In this document: piece after piece, positions 29,225-39,346 of the stretch
Layout of the letters: the number at the start of each line of letters is the position of its first letter
Numbering within the stretch: the first letter of the stretch is position 1
Assembly (NCBI GenBank): GCA_034670305.1
Contig: JAXMNT010000001.1
Span: 32,001-96,000 of the forward strand
Length of the DNA: 64,000 nt
Direction: 5' to 3'
Origin: Deltaproteobacteria bacterium
GTDB taxonomy: Bacteria; Myxococcota_A; Polyangia; Polyangiales; Houyiibacteriaceae
Position numbers and translations under genes: made by a program
The notes under the pieces: model-generated
Database searches by the model: none
Told to the model about the DNA's origin: nothing
What the model saw: the letters and a program-made list of their open reading frames with translations, nothing else

Positions 29225-30580
29225 ATGGGCACCCCGGCCAGCGCTGAACCGCACGAAGACGGCTGGGGAGGCGTGTCGACTGAACCTCCACCCGCGGCGT
29301 GGTCGGACGCGGTCCACGCGCTGCTGGGTCACCGCGCGACCCTGGTCGGGTGCATCGACGCGGTCCGCGCGGCCTCGCCGGAGTTCGTTCCGGCCCGCTG
29401 CGTCCAGGGATTCGGGCTGCTGTTCAAGGGGCGCGTCGAGCTGCGCGGGCGGGCACTTCGTCTGGCGGACGAGGTCGCGCCTCTGTGCCGAACCCCGCGC
29501 GAACAGTTGCTCGTGGCCGCGATCCGAGCTTGGGCGAACGACGACGCCTTGGGTGCGCTGCGCGCCTTGCGCGAGATCCTGGAGCGGCACCCAACCGACG
29601 CGCTGACGATCAAAGTGCACCACGGGCTCGCCTTCTTATACGGCGACCGCGTGGCGATGCTCGGCGCGCTCGAAGGGGTGGCGACGGCGTGGTCCGATGC
29701 GACGCCTGGCAGCGGGTACATGCACGGATGCCACGCGTTCGCGCTCTGCGAAGACGGACAGTTCGAGCGGTCCGAAGCGGTGGGGCGGCGCGCGGTCGAA
29801 CTCGAACCCAGCGACGCCTGGGGCATTCACGCCGTCTCGCACAGTTTCGAGATGCGGGACCGGCCGGAGGTTGCCGCGCAATGGCTCGATGCACATCGGG
29901 CCGGGTACGACGGATGTTCGGTCTTCCGCGGGCACGTGTACTGGCACCGCGCGATGATCGACTGCGAGCTCGGCCGTCCGCGCGACGCGCTCGCGCTGTA
30001 CGACGCGCACGTGGCGCGGCCCTGGGTCGGCGACTACCGGGACATGAGCAACTGCACGACGCTGCTCTGGCGGCTCGAGTCCGATGGCATCGACGTGGGC
30101 GACCGCTGGGTCGGTCTCGCGGAGATCGCCGCGACGTTCGGGCTCGACCACGGCTCGGCGTTCGCGGATGCCCACTACGCGCTGGCGCTCCGCCAGGCCG
30201 GGGATCCCGCGCCGATGCGGGCCTCGCTCGCGGCCCACTGCGCCGAAGACGCGACCGGTGCGCAGCGTGCGGTGCAGCGAGAGGTCGGCGCGCCGTTGGT
30301 CGAAGCGATCGCACTTGGGCCGAGCGAACCGGCGCGCAGTTTCGAAAAGCTCGTGCGGTTGCAGAAGCACCTGGTGCGGATGGGCGGAAGCAACGCGCAG
30401 CGCGATGTGTTCGAGCTCATCCGGCTCCAGGCCGCGCTCGACGGGGGCCAGCGCGCGCCAGAGACCCTGCGACGAGCGCAACGGGCGCTGCGCCAACGGC
30501 TGGGGGAGCGTCCCGGTCACCAGTGGGCGAAACAACGCGTGGCGCCAGGCTCGCACCACGAAGCGGGCATCCTCGCCTGA
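29225..30580 (+). CDS. TTC38-like tetratricopeptide repeat protein
   Basis: HPTDAL, GCHAFALCE, DAWGIHAVSHSFEM, HVYWHRA, LLWRLE, FADAH, MGGSNAQRDVF. Confidence 0.85.
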   Translation: MGTPASAEPHEDGWGGVSTEPPPAAWSDAVHALLGHRATLVGCIDAVRAASPEFVPARCVQGFGLLFKGRVELRGRALRLADEVAPLCRTPREQLLVAAIRAWANDDALGALRALREILERHPTDALTIKVHHGLAFLYGDRVAMLGALEGVATAWSDATPGSGYMHGCHAFALCEDGQFERSEAVGRRAVELEPSDAWGIHAVSHSFEMRDRPEVAAQWLDAHRAGYDGCSVFRGHVYWHRAMIDCELGRPRDALALYDAHVARPWVGDYRDMSNCTTLLWRLESDGIDVGDRWVGLAEIAATFGLDHGSAFADAHYALALRQAGDPAPMRASLAAHCAEDATGAQRAVQREVGAPLVEAIALGPSEPARSFEKLVRLQKHLVRMGGSNAQRDVFELIRLQAALDGGQRAPETLRRAQRALRQRLGERPGHQWAKQRVAPGSHHEAGILA

Positions 30581-30688
30581 TCGTGCGCTTGCGGCTCCCC
30601 AGGGCCAGCGAGCGCTTGCCGCTTCGTCCGTGCGCGGACACGTAGGGCCAGTGCAGCGCGTTCCAGATCCCGACCTCGGAGGTACACG

Positions 30689-30814
30689 GTGTTGTCTGCG
30701 CGAATCGCAGTGTTGTCTGCGCGAATCGCAGTGTTGTCTGCGCGAATCGCAGTGCAGTCCTCGAGAATCGCAGTGCAGTCCTCGAGAGCAGCAGTGCTGT
30801 GCCCAGCGACCGCA
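30689..30814 (+). repeat. 21-bp tandem repeat, about 6 units
   Basis: GTGTTGTCTGCGCGAATCGCA x3, GTGCAGTCCTCGAGAATCGCA, GTGCAGTCCTCGAGAGCAGCA, and a degenerate sixth unit. Confidence 0.9.
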
Positions 30815-30829
30815 CCGTAGGGAAGCGCA

Positions 30830-31750
30830 GTGAAGATCTTGAAGATCATCGGCCTCGTCGTGTTCCTGGTCGGCTTGGTGGTGCTGTGCGTCGTGTACCA
30901 GCGCGTCACGTCGCAGGTCGCGGAGAATCTGATCCGCCCGCGCAACCTCGGACGCAGCTACGAGGATCCACCCGACGAGGTGACGCGGGCCTTTCGCGTG
31001 TCGGTCGACGACGGCGTCGAGCTCGACGTCTGGTACACCGAGGCGTGGGGCGAGCCGCCGCCGGATCCGGTCGACCTGATGATCATCCTGCACGGGATCG
31101 GCGACAACAAACGCACGATGTGGCCGCTCGCTAGGCGCTACGCCGTGCATGGCGTCTCCTCGGTGCTGGTTGATCTGCGCGGGCACGGCCGTTCGAGTTC
31201 GGTCCCGATCACGTACGGAGCCAAAGACCGCTTCGATCTGATCGCGGTGCTCGATCATCTGGAGGCCGAAGGCATGCAACTCGACGACGTCGGCGTGTAC
31301 GGCCCGTCCTATGGCGGCGCAGTCGCCCTGCAGCTCGGATGTCAGGATCCGCGGGTCACCCGCGTCGTCAGCGCCGGTGGTTTCGGATCGATGCGCCGGC
31401 TCATGCGGCCGTACCTGCGCTCCGCGAGCGAACACTTCGCGTGGCTGGTGCCGACCGACTTCGTGCAGCGCACCGTCGAGCTCGCCGGTGCCCGCGGCGG
31501 CTTCGATCCCGACGATGCGTCGGCCACCGCGTGCATCGCAGATTCTCCGAGTGCGCACTACGTCCTCGTGCACAGCCCGGTCGACGAAGTGGTCGAGTAC
31601 AGCGACGTGCTCGACGTGATGGCGGCCTGTGGCGACCGGTGCGAGCTGCTCACCCTCGAGGGCATGACCCACCACGAAACCCTCAGCAATGAACCGCTGC
31701 GCCAACGCCTCCACGAGTTCACCGCGGGCGAGCCGCTCAGCAGCTTGTAG
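30830..31750 (+). CDS. Membrane-anchored alpha/beta hydrolase
   Basis: N-terminal TM, ILHGIGD, DLRGHGRS, GPSYGG nucleophile elbow, HSPVDEVV, THH. Confidence 0.85.
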   Translation: MKILKIIGLVVFLVGLVVLCVVYQRVTSQVAENLIRPRNLGRSYEDPPDEVTRAFRVSVDDGVELDVWYTEAWGEPPPDPVDLMIILHGIGDNKRTMWPLARRYAVHGVSSVLVDLRGHGRSSSVPITYGAKDRFDLIAVLDHLEAEGMQLDDVGVYGPSYGGAVALQLGCQDPRVTRVVSAGGFGSMRRLMRPYLRSASEHFAWLVPTDFVQRTVELAGARGGFDPDDASATACIADSPSAHYVLVHSPVDEVVEYSDVLDVMAACGDRCELLTLEGMTHHETLSNEPLRQRLHEFTAGEPLSSL

Positions 31751-31846
31751 GTCAAAGCCTCCAAGGTTGGGGACGCTCCCTGTTGTGCGCAACGCCTGTC
31801 AGGAGCGGGTCTTGTGCCTCGAGCCAACTTCTGGGCTCAATGGGGC

Positions 31847-34639
31847 ATGTTTGGCTCCCGCGCTGTCCCGTCTGTCTTCGTGCTCGCATCCATCGCCGTT
31901 GCCGCCGTTGCGTTCTCCTCCCCGATCGTGATCGCCAAGGCTGGCTCCACCGAGCCGTGGCTCGACCCGCTCGCGCTCGAACGGACCGAGGCCGCGCTCG
32001 ACCCCGCCCATCAGCCCGCGCCCCACATCGCCGGCGTCCGACTCGGGGAAGCGGACGTGGACGCACGGGGCGCCCGCGTCGCGCGGGATGGAGCCACGGT
32101 GTCGATCGGACTCGCGTCGCTTGGGCGCGGAGACACCCGTCGCGCGGTCGCGTCGCCCGCGCCCGAAGTGGATGGTCCCGAGGTGCGCATCGTGCGCGCG
32201 GCGGGCGTCGTCGAGTGGTGGCGTTCGCTCCCGAGCGGACTCGAGCAGGGCGTGACCCTCGACGCGCGCCCGGCGGGAGACGGCGCGTTGCAGCTCGACA
32301 TGTCGGTCGGTGAGGGGGTCGTGCCGAAGCGCATCGACGACGACGCGATCGCGCTCACAGACGCGTCGGGTCGGGAGCTCGCGCGCTACGCGCATCTCGC
32401 CGTCGTGGACGCCCGCGGACGTCGCATCCCAGCTCGGATGCTCGTGGCCGGCGGCCACATCCGACTCGAAGTCGATGATCACAGCGCGCAGTACCCAATC
32501 GTCGTCGACCCGCTCCTCGAGTTCGTGGAGCTGCCGCAGATCAATTCCACCATCCCACGCGAAGGGACCGCGGTGGCCATCTCTGCCGCGGGGGGCTGGG
32601 CCATCGTGGGCGGGAGCAACCTAGTCCGGGTGTACTTCCGGGCAGGCGACGTATGGACGCCCGTCGACCACCACCCCAGCGTCCCCGATGGTTCGCGGTT
32701 TGGTGCCTCGGTCGCCATCTCGTCGAACGGCCAGTACGTCGCGATCGGCGATCCTGGATACAACGGCAACCAAGGGCGGGTGCTCTTCTTTTCACGGCAC
32801 AGCATCGGCGGCGTCTGGCGGTACCGCGACTTCTTCGCCGCCGTGCCCAGCCCCGGCTTGGACGGCGGTTCGCTCTTCGGGACCGCGGTCGCGCTCTCGG
32901 ACGACGGCCTCCATCTCGTGGCGACCGCGAGCAACGACATCGTGGCAGGCGCCTCTTCAGGGACGGCCCGGTACTACACGTGCGTGCCGCCCACCTCATG
33001 CACGCAGCGTGCGGAGTTCGCGCCGCCGAGCCCGACCGGGCGATCCGGAGACGACTTTGGCGCATCGGTGGCCATCAATGCGGACGCCTCCATGATCGCG
33101 GTCGGAGCGCCTGGAGACAACGGGGAGCGTGGACACGTCTACGTGCACACCCGGTCCGGCAGCACCTGGACCTATCGGGCGCGGCTCTCCGCCCCGAGCG
33201 CGCAGGCCGGCGAACACTTCGGGACGTCCGTCGCGACCGACGGAACCCGGCTCCTGGTCGGTGCCGCGAACTTCGACGCAACAGCGGACTCTCGAGACGA
33301 CCATGGCCGAGTGATCTCCTTTGAGTGGACTGGAAGCACGTTCGCAAGCGCTGCGGAGGTTTCGCGGGGGGGCCACAACGCGCGCCTCGGCTTCTCACTC
33401 GCCATGGCGCGGCACACGGGCCGTCGAGCGGTCGCGGGCGCGTACACCGACGGGTACATTCGGTTCTTGAGCCGTGCTGGGTCGACCTGGACAGTTGGCG
33501 GCAACGCGACCCTCCCCGCCACCAGCCATTTTGGGTTCTCGGTGAGCATGTCGGGCGATGGCACCCGCGCGCTTGGTGGCGCCCCCAACGAGGGAACGGT
33601 GCGCTCGTACCGGCTCTGGGACGCGCAAGGCGAGCCGTGCACGGGAGGCGGAGACTGCCGCAACGGGCTTTGCGTGGATGGGGTGTGTTGCAACGACGCG
33701 TGCAACGACGCCTGCGAAGCGTGCAGCACGGCGGCCGGCAGCGCCGGCGCCAGCGGAACGTGCAGCGCACTGACGGCTGGGGCCGCCGCCGCGATCACCT
33801 GCCGGGCCGCCGCGCCGGGGGGGTGCGACGTCGCGGAGCAGTGTGTGGCCGGCGACCGTTCGTGTCCGACCAACCTGTTCTCCACCGAAGTCTGCCGGCC
33901 CGCCGATGGTCCGTGCGACGCCCCAGAGCGCTGTTCGGGCGCGGCTATGTGCCCGCCGGACATCGCCGTGGCCGCGGGCACGACGTGTCGAGGCATCGTC
34001 GGAGACACAGGATGCGACTTGGAGGACGTGTGTGATGGCACGTCGTCCGAGTGCGCGGACCGGGTGCACCCGGAAGGCACGAACTGTGGTGTGGCGGCTG
34101 GGCCATGCGACGACAACGACCTGTGCGACGACGCTGGGGTGTGCGTCGAGAACGTCCTCCCGGCAGGCACCGTCTGCAACGCGGGCGTGCTCGATGTCTG
34201 CGACACCGCGGACATGTGCAACGGGCTCACGATCGATTGTCCGATGCTCTACCTGGCGGACGTCATGTGTCGCGCCGCCGACGGCACGTGCGACACGCCG
34301 GAGTTCTGTTCCGGCGATGCGCCCGGCTGTCCGCCCGACGCGGTCGAATCCGCGGGCATGTCCTGCCGGGAGTCGACCGACGCGAGCTGCGATCCCTCCG
34401 AGCAGTGCGACGGCGTTGGTGCGGCGTGTCCCGCAGACGTGAACAGCTGCGGGGTCGAGGCCGACGCGGGCGGCGGCGAAGACGATGCAGGCGGCGGCGA
34501 AGACGACGCAGGCGTGGGCAGCGACGCGGGCGAGCCGGTCGCGGCCGCCGGATGTGGTTGCCGAGCACCGGGCACAGGCGGCGGTTTGCCGCTTGCGCTC
34601 TTCGCGCTCACCGCTTGGTTCGTACGGCGGCGCCGGTAG
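31847..34639 (+). CDS. Surface protein with FG-GAP repeats, disintegrin-like Cys repeats and MYXO-CTERM
   Basis: FGASVAIS/FGTAVALS/VGAPG repeats; CRPADGPCDAPERC and CRAADGTCDTPEFCSG; C-terminal GCGCRAPG-hydrophobic-RRRR. Confidence 0.86.
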   Translation: MFGSRAVPSVFVLASIAVAAVAFSSPIVIAKAGSTEPWLDPLALERTEAALDPAHQPAPHIAGVRLGEADVDARGARVARDGATVSIGLASLGRGDTRRAVASPAPEVDGPEVRIVRAAGVVEWWRSLPSGLEQGVTLDARPAGDGALQLDMSVGEGVVPKRIDDDAIALTDASGRELARYAHLAVVDARGRRIPARMLVAGGHIRLEVDDHSAQYPIVVDPLLEFVELPQINSTIPREGTAVAISAAGGWAIVGGSNLVRVYFRAGDVWTPVDHHPSVPDGSRFGASVAISSNGQYVAIGDPGYNGNQGRVLFFSRHSIGGVWRYRDFFAAVPSPGLDGGSLFGTAVALSDDGLHLVATASNDIVAGASSGTARYYTCVPPTSCTQRAEFAPPSPTGRSGDDFGASVAINADASMIAVGAPGDNGERGHVYVHTRSGSTWTYRARLSAPSAQAGEHFGTSVATDGTRLLVGAANFDATADSRDDHGRVISFEWTGSTFASAAEVSRGGHNARLGFSLAMARHTGRRAVAGAYTDGYIRFLSRAGSTWTVGGNATLPATSHFGFSVSMSGDGTRALGGAPNEGTVRSYRLWDAQGEPCTGGGDCRNGLCVDGVCCNDACNDACEACSTAAGSAGASGTCSALTAGAAAAITCRAAAPGGCDVAEQCVAGDRSCPTNLFSTEVCRPADGPCDAPERCSGAAMCPPDIAVAAGTTCRGIVGDTGCDLEDVCDGTSSECADRVHPEGTNCGVAAGPCDDNDLCDDAGVCVENVLPAGTVCNAGVLDVCDTADMCNGLTIDCPMLYLADVMCRAADGTCDTPEFCSGDAPGCPPDAVESAGMSCRESTDASCDPSEQCDGVGAACPADVNSCGVEADAGGGEDDAGGGEDDAGVGSDAGEPVAAAGCGCRAPGTGGGLPLALFALTAWFVRRRR

Positions 34640-34660
34640 GTGCTAAAACAGCGCGGTCAA

Positions 34661-34800
34661 CGACGTGAACGCTCGAGGCGCAAGCCGACGTGAAGAACGA
34701 CGACGTGAAGAGAACGACGTGAAGACAGCTCTGCGACTCCCGAAGCCAGCACTGCGATTCCCAAGGCCAGCACTGCGACTCCCCAGGCCAGCACAGCCAG
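34661..34800 (+). repeat. CGACGTGAA(C/G) direct repeats followed by 21-bp tandem repeats
   Basis: CGACGTGAAS at 34661, 34686, 34701 and 34715 (also 34820); CAGCWCTGCGAYTCCCNARGC x3 at 34726-34788. Confidence 0.85.
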
Positions 34801-34823
34801 CACCGGCCGGGACCCACACCGAC

Positions 34824-36467
34824 GTGAACCGAACCCCCCGCGTGATCCTCGCGGTCACACTGGCGTGCGGCGCTTTCGTGGCGTCGAGCGCCCACGCCTC
34901 CACCTCGCCAGAGCGGACCTGGCGTGCCGAGATCACGCCCCGCGCGCCGGTCGCCATGGAAGACCAGTTGCTCGATGCGATGGCGCCCGATGAGTCGCTC
35001 TCCGGTTTCTCGGTGGCCATCGACGGGGACCGGGCGCTCGTCGGTGCACCGGGTTCTTTCGGGGCACAGACCGGCCGCGTGTACGTCTTCGAGCGTGCCG
35101 CCGGTCGCTGGTCGCGCGTCGACGAAATCGACAACCCGGATGGCATGGTCGGGAGCTTTGGATTCTCGGTCGCGCTTCGAGGGAACGTCGCGGTCATCGG
35201 CGAGCCAGCCGCCTCGGGCGCCGCGCGGCCGGGTCGCGCGCACCGATACGAGTTCGATGGTTCGGAGTGGATGGGTGAAGAACTCACGCGTCCCGGCGAC
35301 GCCCCGAACCGGTTCGGTACGTCGGTCGCCATCTCGGATCAGTGGATCGCCGTCGGTGCGCCGGACACCGACAGCAGCGCGGCGGCAGGCGCCGTGTATG
35401 TCTACCCGATCGACGGCGTCGCAGCCGAGGCTGTGGCCCCGGGCGAGGTGGAAGCCGACGACCGGTTCGGCGAGAGCGTCGCGCTGTCTGGGGACTCCCT
35501 GCTCGTCGGCGCACCCGGCGATGACCTGCAGGGCATGAACGTGGGCGCGGTCTACCCGTTCGAGCACGACGGCGCGTCGTGGGTCGGGGGCGCTGTGCTG
35601 CGACCCGGGCTGGCGGACCGCGCAGAGTTCGGCATCGGCGTCGCGCTCGCCGACGGTGGGCGGCAAGCGCTCGTCGGCGCGCCGGAGGAAGCGGAGGGCG
35701 GCCTGGCCTTCGTCTACGTGCGCAGCGCGACTTCCGAAGCATGGCCTGCGCCGCAACGGCTACAGGCCGACGAACGCACCAGCAGCGACAACTTCGGCGC
35801 ATCGGTCGCGCTCGAGGACGGTGTCGCGGTGGTTGGCAACCCGCTGGACGATGGCGACGCAGCCGATGTTGGCAGCGCTTCGCTCTTCTTGCGGCGTGGT
35901 GAAGTCTGGTCCGAGGTCACGCGCTTCGCGCTGTCGGAGGCCCGGGCGATGGACGCGCTTGCCACCCACGTGGCCGTCTCCGGTCGCACCGTGCTGGCGG
36001 GAGGTCCCGGCCGCGCGAGTCGGGCTGGACTGACCGCCACGTTTCCACTGCCGGATCCCGAAGGCACGGCGTGCAGTGCGGACGGCCGCTGCGAGTCCGG
36101 CTTCTGCGTCGACGGAGTGTGTTGCGAGTCCAGTTGCGGGGGCGGCTCGTCGACGGACTGCCTGGTGTGCAGCGTCGCAGCCGGCGCCGCCGCCGACGGC
36201 CGTTGCGATCCGCGGGAGGCAGCCGCGACCTGCGACGGCCTGTGCGGCGGAGCGGGCACCTGCGACGAAGAGGGCATGTGCTCCTCCGACTGCCCCGACA
36301 CCGGCATGCCGGACAGCGGGGGTACGCTGGACGGCGGCAGGCCTCCGGTGGTGCAGGTCAGCGGCTGCGCGTGTCGCACCACGTCCCCGGACGATGGGGC
36401 GGCCATGCTCTGGGGCGGGCTCTTCGTGTTCGTCCTCGTCGCGCGACGTCGGCGGTCGGCGCTCTAG
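34824..36467 (+). CDS. FG-GAP repeat surface protein with MYXO-CTERM
   Basis: Likely GTG at 34824 before a signal peptide; about 7 FG-GAP repeats; CESGFCVDGVCC; GCACRTT-hydrophobic-RRRR. Confidence 0.85.
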   Translation: MNRTPRVILAVTLACGAFVASSAHASTSPERTWRAEITPRAPVAMEDQLLDAMAPDESLSGFSVAIDGDRALVGAPGSFGAQTGRVYVFERAAGRWSRVDEIDNPDGMVGSFGFSVALRGNVAVIGEPAASGAARPGRAHRYEFDGSEWMGEELTRPGDAPNRFGTSVAISDQWIAVGAPDTDSSAAAGAVYVYPIDGVAAEAVAPGEVEADDRFGESVALSGDSLLVGAPGDDLQGMNVGAVYPFEHDGASWVGGAVLRPGLADRAEFGIGVALADGGRQALVGAPEEAEGGLAFVYVRSATSEAWPAPQRLQADERTSSDNFGASVALEDGVAVVGNPLDDGDAADVGSASLFLRRGEVWSEVTRFALSEARAMDALATHVAVSGRTVLAGGPGRASRAGLTATFPLPDPEGTACSADGRCESGFCVDGVCCESSCGGGSSTDCLVCSVAAGAAADGRCDPREAAATCDGLCGGAGTCDEEGMCSSDCPDTGMPDSGGTLDGGRPPVVQVSGCACRTTSPDDGAAMLWGGLFVFVLVARRRRSAL

Positions 36468-37570
36468 AAGTGGCCCACGCAGCTCACGCCGAGCTGCGCG
36501 AAGGGGCCGCACGCAACGGCCTGCTCGTCGTCGTCGTCGCTCGGCGCACCGGCGAGCAGCGCGATGCCAGCGGCGAGAAACGCACCCGCGCCCACGTATC
36601 CGATCCAGATGAATGGAAGCGTGAGTCGGTAGCGGTTCTCGAGGTCGTAGCATTCGGGCGCGCCACCCGGCAGAACGTCTTCGCTCTCGGGATCCGCGGC
36701 GCAGGCGCCCGCTTCGAGGTTGACGTTCAAGGTCGACACCGCATCCGACCAGATCACGTTCGCGACGACGCCAGCGATGAGAAACGCGCCCGCGCCCGCC
36801 ATGCTCGCGATGCCGAGCCGGCGGTGGAGCGCGCCCGGATCCTCTGCGGTGGCTGCGACCAGCCGCACGAGTTCGATCGAGATCGTCTCCTGCTCGCCTC
36901 CGCGCACGTGCACGCGCCGGGTGGTGGGCTCGTAGCCTTCGGCGCGCGCGACCAGCTCGTGCTCGCCGAGATCCAGCACGAGCTCCGTGCCCTCGAAAGG
37001 TTCACCATCGACGTCCACCCGCGCACCGGGGACGCTCGTGTGGACCTCGAAGTGTCCCAGGAACGATCGCGCCCGCGCGAGCAACGACTCGACGTCCTCG
37101 CGCATGTCCGTGGTGAGCGGCCGCACGCTCGTCGCGAGCGATCGCTCCAGCCAGTCGATGGCTTCGCGGTAGTTGCGGAGCGCAAACGCGGTCATGCCCA
37201 GCACCCGCTCGACCCGGGCGGTCGGCTGCGCTTCGTACGCGCGCCGGAGCAGCGCGTACGCCTCGTTGTAGCTTCCCGCGCCGTACTCTCGGACCGCCTC
37301 CGCCAGCAGCGCCTGGCTCGGGTCTGGTTCGACCGCGGCCACCGACGCTTGGCTGCCATCCGCTGAGTCGTTGCTCTCGGCGACCTCGCTGCGACTCCCA
37401 GAGCCAGCACCGTCGGCTTGTGCCTCGGCTGTGGTGCCTGGGAGCACCGCAAGTAGGCAGGCCACCGCGATGAGCTGGCGGCCAAGGCGGACCCATGCCT
37501 GGGAAGGCCCGTTCGCGTTGGGGAGGTCGCGTCCTGGGGGGGGTGTACGCATGGTGGGCATCGCCGTCAT
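36464..37570 (-). CDS. TPR + PEGA domain protein
   Basis: EAVREYGAGSYNEAY, PGARVDVDG...GEHELVARAEGY, two hydrophobic segments, C-terminal CVGHF; coupled to the kinase. Confidence 0.8.
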   Translation of the reverse strand: MTAMPTMRTPPPGRDLPNANGPSQAWVRLGRQLIAVACLLAVLPGTTAEAQADGAGSGSRSEVAESNDSADGSQASVAAVEPDPSQALLAEAVREYGAGSYNEAYALLRRAYEAQPTARVERVLGMTAFALRNYREAIDWLERSLATSVRPLTTDMREDVESLLARARSFLGHFEVHTSVPGARVDVDGEPFEGTELVLDLGEHELVARAEGYEPTTRRVHVRGGEQETISIELVRLVAATAEDPGALHRRLGIASMAGAGAFLIAGVVANVIWSDAVSTLNVNLEAGACAADPESEDVLPGGAPECYDLENRYRLTLPFIWIGYVGAGAFLAAGIALLAGAPSDDDDEQAVACGPFAQLGVSCVGHF

Positions 37571-39153
37571 AGGTCGTCCAAGCTGATCTCGCCCGCGCGG
37601 TGATGGCGCCCCATCTCGGTGGGCGTCTCCATCGGGGTGGTGGTCGTTGTGGTCGTTGTCGTCGTGGTCATCGGAGTCGTCGTCTCGTCGGCGGACGCAG
37701 CGGTCATCGCAGTCCTGGCCTCGGGAGTCCCAGTGCTGGCTCTGGCCGCAGTGCTGGCTTCGGTCATCGCAGCGGTGGCCATCGACACCATCGGCGAGGG
37801 ATCGGTCATCGTCGTCTCGGCCACGTCGTTCTGCATCCCGAGCGTCATGGCGACGGAGTGGTTCCGGATTCGTGACCTCGGTTCCATGACGGAGGCCATG
37901 GGCGTGGGGCGGGGCGCGGCCACCGTGGCCGCTTGCGTTGACGGCTCTGCGACCGGGGTGGCTTCGACCGCGGGCGGTGTCGGTGCGACGGCGGTCGTCC
38001 CATCACGTGGCGGGGACACGTCGCCCACGGTTTGTACATCGTTCACTGGCTCGTCCCCCGCACTGAGACCCGGAAGGACCACGCCGAGAACGGCACCCAC
38101 AGCCAGGAGCGCGGCGCCCATGACCCACACCCGCCGCGACGTGCCAGCGACGGGACGTTCGTCCATCGACTCGATGGCACGCGCGGGCGCCGGCGCGTCG
38201 GGCGCATCGCCCGCGGCCGTCTCACCAAAGACATCGAGACCCGCTGGCACCACCTGCCGCGCGGAGGGTGCGACGTAGTCCCCCTGGGTCTCGAGCACGT
38301 GTTCGAGCTGCGTTCGAAGGGTGCGCGCCGACGCGGTCCTCGCGCCCGGATCGCGCGCGAGCGCTTCTTCCAGCACGCGCGAGAGTTCGGGTGGCACGTT
38401 CGGCACACGCGCGGAGAGCGGCACGATGTCACCCACGACGAGCGCGACCAGGATGGCGTGCGCCACAGGGGATTCGATCTCGATCGGATAGTGTTCGGAG
38501 AGGCAGTGGTAGACCATCACCGCGGCGGCCCACACGTCGGTCCAAGCGCCGATCTCCGACTGCCGCCCCTGCGCCTGCTCAGGGGACATGAAGTAGGGGG
38601 TCCCGAGCATCGCGCCGGTCTTGGTCGCTTGTGACTCGTTGCCTTCGGTCAACTTCGCGATGCCGAAGTCGAGCAACTTCGGGACCATGCGCCCGTCGCG
38701 CGTCCGGCTCAGGAACACGTTGTCGGGTTTCACGTCGCGATGCACGATTCCGTGGTCGTGTGCAGCGCCGAGCGCGTCGAGCACGGGGCCGACGATTTCG
38801 AGCGTCTCAGAGAGGCTCAAGTGCCCCTTCGACTCGAGGTGGTCACCGAGCGACACCCCTTCGAGGAACTCGAGCACCATGAAACACCCATCGCCGTCGA
38901 CCTCGATGTCGCGTACGTCGACGACGTTCGGATGTTCGAGCTTGGAGGCCGCGCGCGCTTCCCGCACGAAGCGCGAGACGACATCGGGCGAGCTCATCAT
39001 GTGCGGGTGCAGGATCTTGATCGCGACCCGCCGATCGAGCTGCAGGTGGTGTGCGCCGTACACCGCACCGAAACCTCCGGTGCCGAGCAACCGCTCGAGC
39101 CGGTACTTGCCCCCGACGACCGTCCCCACGCGGTCTTGTTCTTGCGTGCTCAC
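37567..39153 (-). CDS. Membrane Ser/Thr protein kinase
   Basis: LGTGGFGAVY, VAIK, HRDVKPDN, DFGIAK, GTPYFMSPEQ, DVWA; TM helix; Thr/Met-rich tail. Confidence 0.93.
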   Translation of the reverse strand: MSTQEQDRVGTVVGGKYRLERLLGTGGFGAVYGAHHLQLDRRVAIKILHPHMMSSPDVVSRFVREARAASKLEHPNVVDVRDIEVDGDGCFMVLEFLEGVSLGDHLESKGHLSLSETLEIVGPVLDALGAAHDHGIVHRDVKPDNVFLSRTRDGRMVPKLLDFGIAKLTEGNESQATKTGAMLGTPYFMSPEQAQGRQSEIGAWTDVWAAAVMVYHCLSEHYPIEIESPVAHAILVALVVGDIVPLSARVPNVPPELSRVLEEALARDPGARTASARTLRTQLEHVLETQGDYVAPSARQVVPAGLDVFGETAAGDAPDAPAPARAIESMDERPVAGTSRRVWVMGAALLAVGAVLGVVLPGLSAGDEPVNDVQTVGDVSPPRDGTTAVAPTPPAVEATPVAEPSTQAATVAAPRPTPMASVMEPRSRIRNHSVAMTLGMQNDVAETTMTDPSPMVSMATAAMTEASTAARASTGTPEARTAMTAASADETTTPMTTTTTTTTTTTPMETPTEMGRHHRAGEISLDDL

Positions 39154-39346
39154 CCCACCGAATATCTACCACGGGCTCGCTCGACCGAACACATCGCAAG
39201 CGTTCCGTGAACTTGCGGTTGAGGCGCGTTTTGCGCCGTGGCCGCCCCAAAGCATCGGTCCCGGTCCATGGACGCCAAGACTTCAGCAGTTCGGCGGGGC
39301 GAACACAGATCCCAGCCGCCAGGGAAACTCGGGTCCCAGCCGGCGC

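Noticed and set aside
30689-30814. Possible CRISPR array (also 34661-34800 and 63368-63521)
   Set aside because: Units are contiguous or irregular with no unique 30-40 bp spacers, and there are no cas genes.
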